Source of the DNA: Mobula birostris
Lineage: Eukaryota
Direction: 5' to 3'
Assembly (NCBI RefSeq): GCF_030028105.1
Contig: NC_092384.1
Location: 12,736,316 to 12,800,315 of the forward strand
Length of the DNA: 64,000 nucleotides
A program made the position numbers and the translations under genes. The notes below the pieces were generated by a model. It was not told the origin of the DNA. It did no database searches and was given only the letters and a program-made list of their open reading frames with translations. Shown here piece by piece: positions 61,501 through 64,000 of the stretch; the first letter of the stretch is position 1; each line of letters begins with the position of its first letter.

Positions 61501-64000
61501 ATCGCCGCGACCTTTCTCTGAACGGGGTATCATCTGTAACCCGGATGGTGTTGAACAACCCACATCAAACTCGTCAGTAGAAAATACATCTTCCGGCTTC
61601 AGCATCTTCTCTATCAACCTCTTCTTCCAACTTCCAGGTACGGCGAAGTCCCTAAAGTTGAATGACTATTCCTTCATCTGTCTCCGCATACTCCAGCTTC
61701 AATGACAAATAACCATCATAAAGATAGTAATCCGTACTAAGATCCTAGATCTCCAGTGCGCTGAATGGCGTCAATGGTAAATGCGTCAAATATATTTTAT
61801 AAAAAGAACGGTAGAGCAGAGTAACCTGAGAGCGGTGTCAGATATGGTTCTAGCATTAATACCCTCAATCCGTAGCGATACACTGGAGCTTGGCCACGCT
61901 AAGCCTTCAGGAATCGGGTTTCTTGCTTTAGGGTGTTCCTTGATATATTGCTGGAAACGTGTTCCCCCACGAGACGTCAGGCCGTTGCCTCACTGGGTCT
62001 CTCCGCTTCGGTACCTGGGAACTCCCTCTCCGAGTGTTTTCCCGTCCTTCACACACCCGCCCGAAATGTCCCTCTTCACCACAGTTATAACAGACAATAC
62101 CGGTCGCTCTACTTCTCGCAGAGCCGCGTTCACTTGCAGCCCTCTGCTTAGTCCGTCCCCTCAGCGGGTCCGACTCCATGTCGGTTTTATCGTGCGGTGT
62201 GGCCGTACCCGCCAGTCACAAGCGGGACATCTCAGTCCTAAACTCTGCCATAAGCTCCTTTACCACTCCCCAGCGTGGGCTATCAGTGGTCACTTCAGCC
62301 AAGAGGCTACTACCGAGGGCTGTACCCTGCTGACAGAGGACTCCCGCGCCTCCATCGCATTATCCTCCTCTCTTCGTTCTCTGATCACCTCGACAAACGA
62401 GGGAAGGGGTGCGTCTTACGAGACATTTGGAGACCCCAAGCGATCAAGACCTATGACTGAGCGCCTTTCGCCACTTGGCCCATTCTTAACTGACTCACCT
62501 CAGACATTTGAATGTCCATCACCCCCACCCCCCGCACCACCACCACCTCCATCATCACCACCTAGCCGCAGGCAACTCAGCCACCTCTCTCGCCGAAAAA
62601 TGTAGGCGGAAAGTTTCGCCCCTTTCTCCTGAAACATGTTCTAGAACCCCATCATAAGTTCCTTTGTGTTTCCCGGCACGCCAAAAGCATTTTCTAGCGC
62701 TTGTGTGCAGCCTGCAGAGGTAGCAAAGGAATTCTGTGTCATTAGGGATCTCACTACGTCCGTATCTGGCCGCCTCAAACTCTATATGCCATCGTTATCT
62801 TTTACGTCATCAGAGCACTACCACTCATACTCCATCTGAGAGGACTGTCTTATACCCCTCTTCCCCTTTAGGGGTGGGCTTCATGTCCCGAGAACATTTT
62901 TGCCTACCCTGGCTGGGACTCTGAACCTAGGCATTTGCCGTTTATTAGCCAGAAAGGTAAGGGTCGCTACCAACACAGAATGCTCACCCCACGCTGGAGG
63001 ACTTATTAGACCTTTCACATCATACCGCTCCTTCCCCTCGCTCCGCAGAAACGAGAGCTTACTGTCTCAGCCCCCAGCTAAGGGAAACTCGGCTTCCGAT
63101 TCGGCAGGCTCTCCTACACTCCCCTCCTCCCGGAAAGTATGAAGAGCCCACGCCCGCTCCTTCCTATCCCGGGGCCCCAGTAGTACCAGGCAGTTTCAAT
63201 GCCATTACGTCAGCGCAAGTCCGAAGTACGTATAACAAAGTTTTTGCCCGCCATTCTGTCAGACATCTGCTGCATGATCGAAACTGTTCCTAATGCTTTA
63301 ACGGTATTTAAAATCCGAATTAACAATTCATTGGGATTACGAATGTAATCAATACACACGCATTTGTTACCGGTAACCCCGTGGATTCGCACCATCGCTC
63401 AGCCCCTGCAGCGTCCGTAGTCACATATCTTAATCACTTTATCGGACAATAGTTTAACACAGGGTTAAACACGCAAGCCACCGGATCAATGGTCAAGGCA
63501 ATCAGACAGCATCCAACGAAACCGATCTGGGGCGATACCCCACAAATGAAACCTTGCTGGTTTCCTCGCCTGCGTAGATCTAGGTCCCTCCAAACTCTTA
63601 AGATTGAGACGGATCTCCTACCCCAAACCCCGGTTTGTGTGGATGCTGTGTAAGAATTATATTTATGAAACTGAACTAAATGGTTAGTAAAGAAAAGAAA
63701 GAAACAGGGCCCATTATAATTAAACAGTCAAATGTTCACAAGTTGGAGATCAATTCACCGATCCTCAATTGATCTCGCCGCTTGGCTCCATCGAATCACG
63801 GGCTCCCCACCGGGTCGTATCTTACGACCAGTTCGCTCCAGCTTCTTCTTTCTTCCTTTCCCGTTCGACAAAAGAACCAACTCACATTTCAAACAATCCG
63901 TTATCTCTAACCATAACCCAAAACATTTCTTTTACAGAAATACCATTACATTAGCAGTGAACCATTTCCCAGGGAAAAGTGAAAACAGATCTCTGGAAAG
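55541..64000 (-). mobile_element. Gypsy LTR retrotransposon with PNMA-like Gag, decayed; order gag-PR-RT-RNaseH-IN; 5' LTR runs off the window end
   Basis: Gag ALENAFG..KLSAYIFR (~62600-62700) and CYNCGEEGHFGRVC knuckle; RT FSVLDLRSGYYQI..VYQDDLIVF (60695-61369); RNaseH LHTDAS..LEFLALKW (60228-60752); IN HHCC and core 56500-57150; RRSQRLRRPPDRL; PPT ~55547-55564. Confidence 0.9.
57778..60456 (-). mobile_element. Nested, internally deleted chromodomain Gypsy (sushi/Tf2-like) with both LTRs
   Basis: LTRs 57778-58146 and 60092-60456; PPT 58147-58175; gag MNPADTDP.. from 60074; IN core [29 protein letters not shown]; chromodomain [13 protein letters not shown]; no PR/RT/RNaseH. Confidence 0.9.

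Noticed and set aside
61781-62605. 274-aa plus-strand ORF
   Set aside because: Antisense to the Gypsy gag/protease; no independent coding features
1-64000. CRISPR arrays, rRNA/tRNA genes, prokaryotic operons
   Set aside because: None seen; the sequence is intron-containing vertebrate DNA

Overview
This is eukaryotic (vertebrate) genomic DNA. The repeat landscape (dominant CR1 LINEs with an SGNH-esterase ORF1, HE1/V-SINE-like SINE, Rex1/Babar, Penelope-like elements, Gypsy LTR elements) suggests a cartilaginous fish, probably a ray; that assignment is inference. Most of the window is nested, decayed retroelements. One clear host gene lies in a TE-free island at ~26.5-31.1 kb (+ strand). It is a spliced immunoglobulin-superfamily receptor with leader (26791-26845), germline-joined VJ-type domain (27015-27335), C1-set domain (27784-28092) and transmembrane exon carrying an Arg (28892-29002). 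All introns are GT-AG and phase 1, and no RSS is visible. It reads like a non-rearranging antigen-receptor-like / NKp30-like molecule; its cytoplasmic exons are unresolved. Other notable items: minimal hammerhead-ribozyme motifs in Penelope terminal repeats (one intact), a 2.7-kb inverted Penelope composite with a 14-bp TSD, an internally deleted chromodomain Gypsy nested in a PNMA-Gag Gypsy, solo LTRs with clean TSDs, and a candidate minus-strand spliced micropeptide/lncRNA transcript at ~44.5-45.8 kb. No rRNA, tRNA genes or CRISPR arrays were seen. Coordinates of decayed TEs are approximate; splice sites and TSDs were read base by base.
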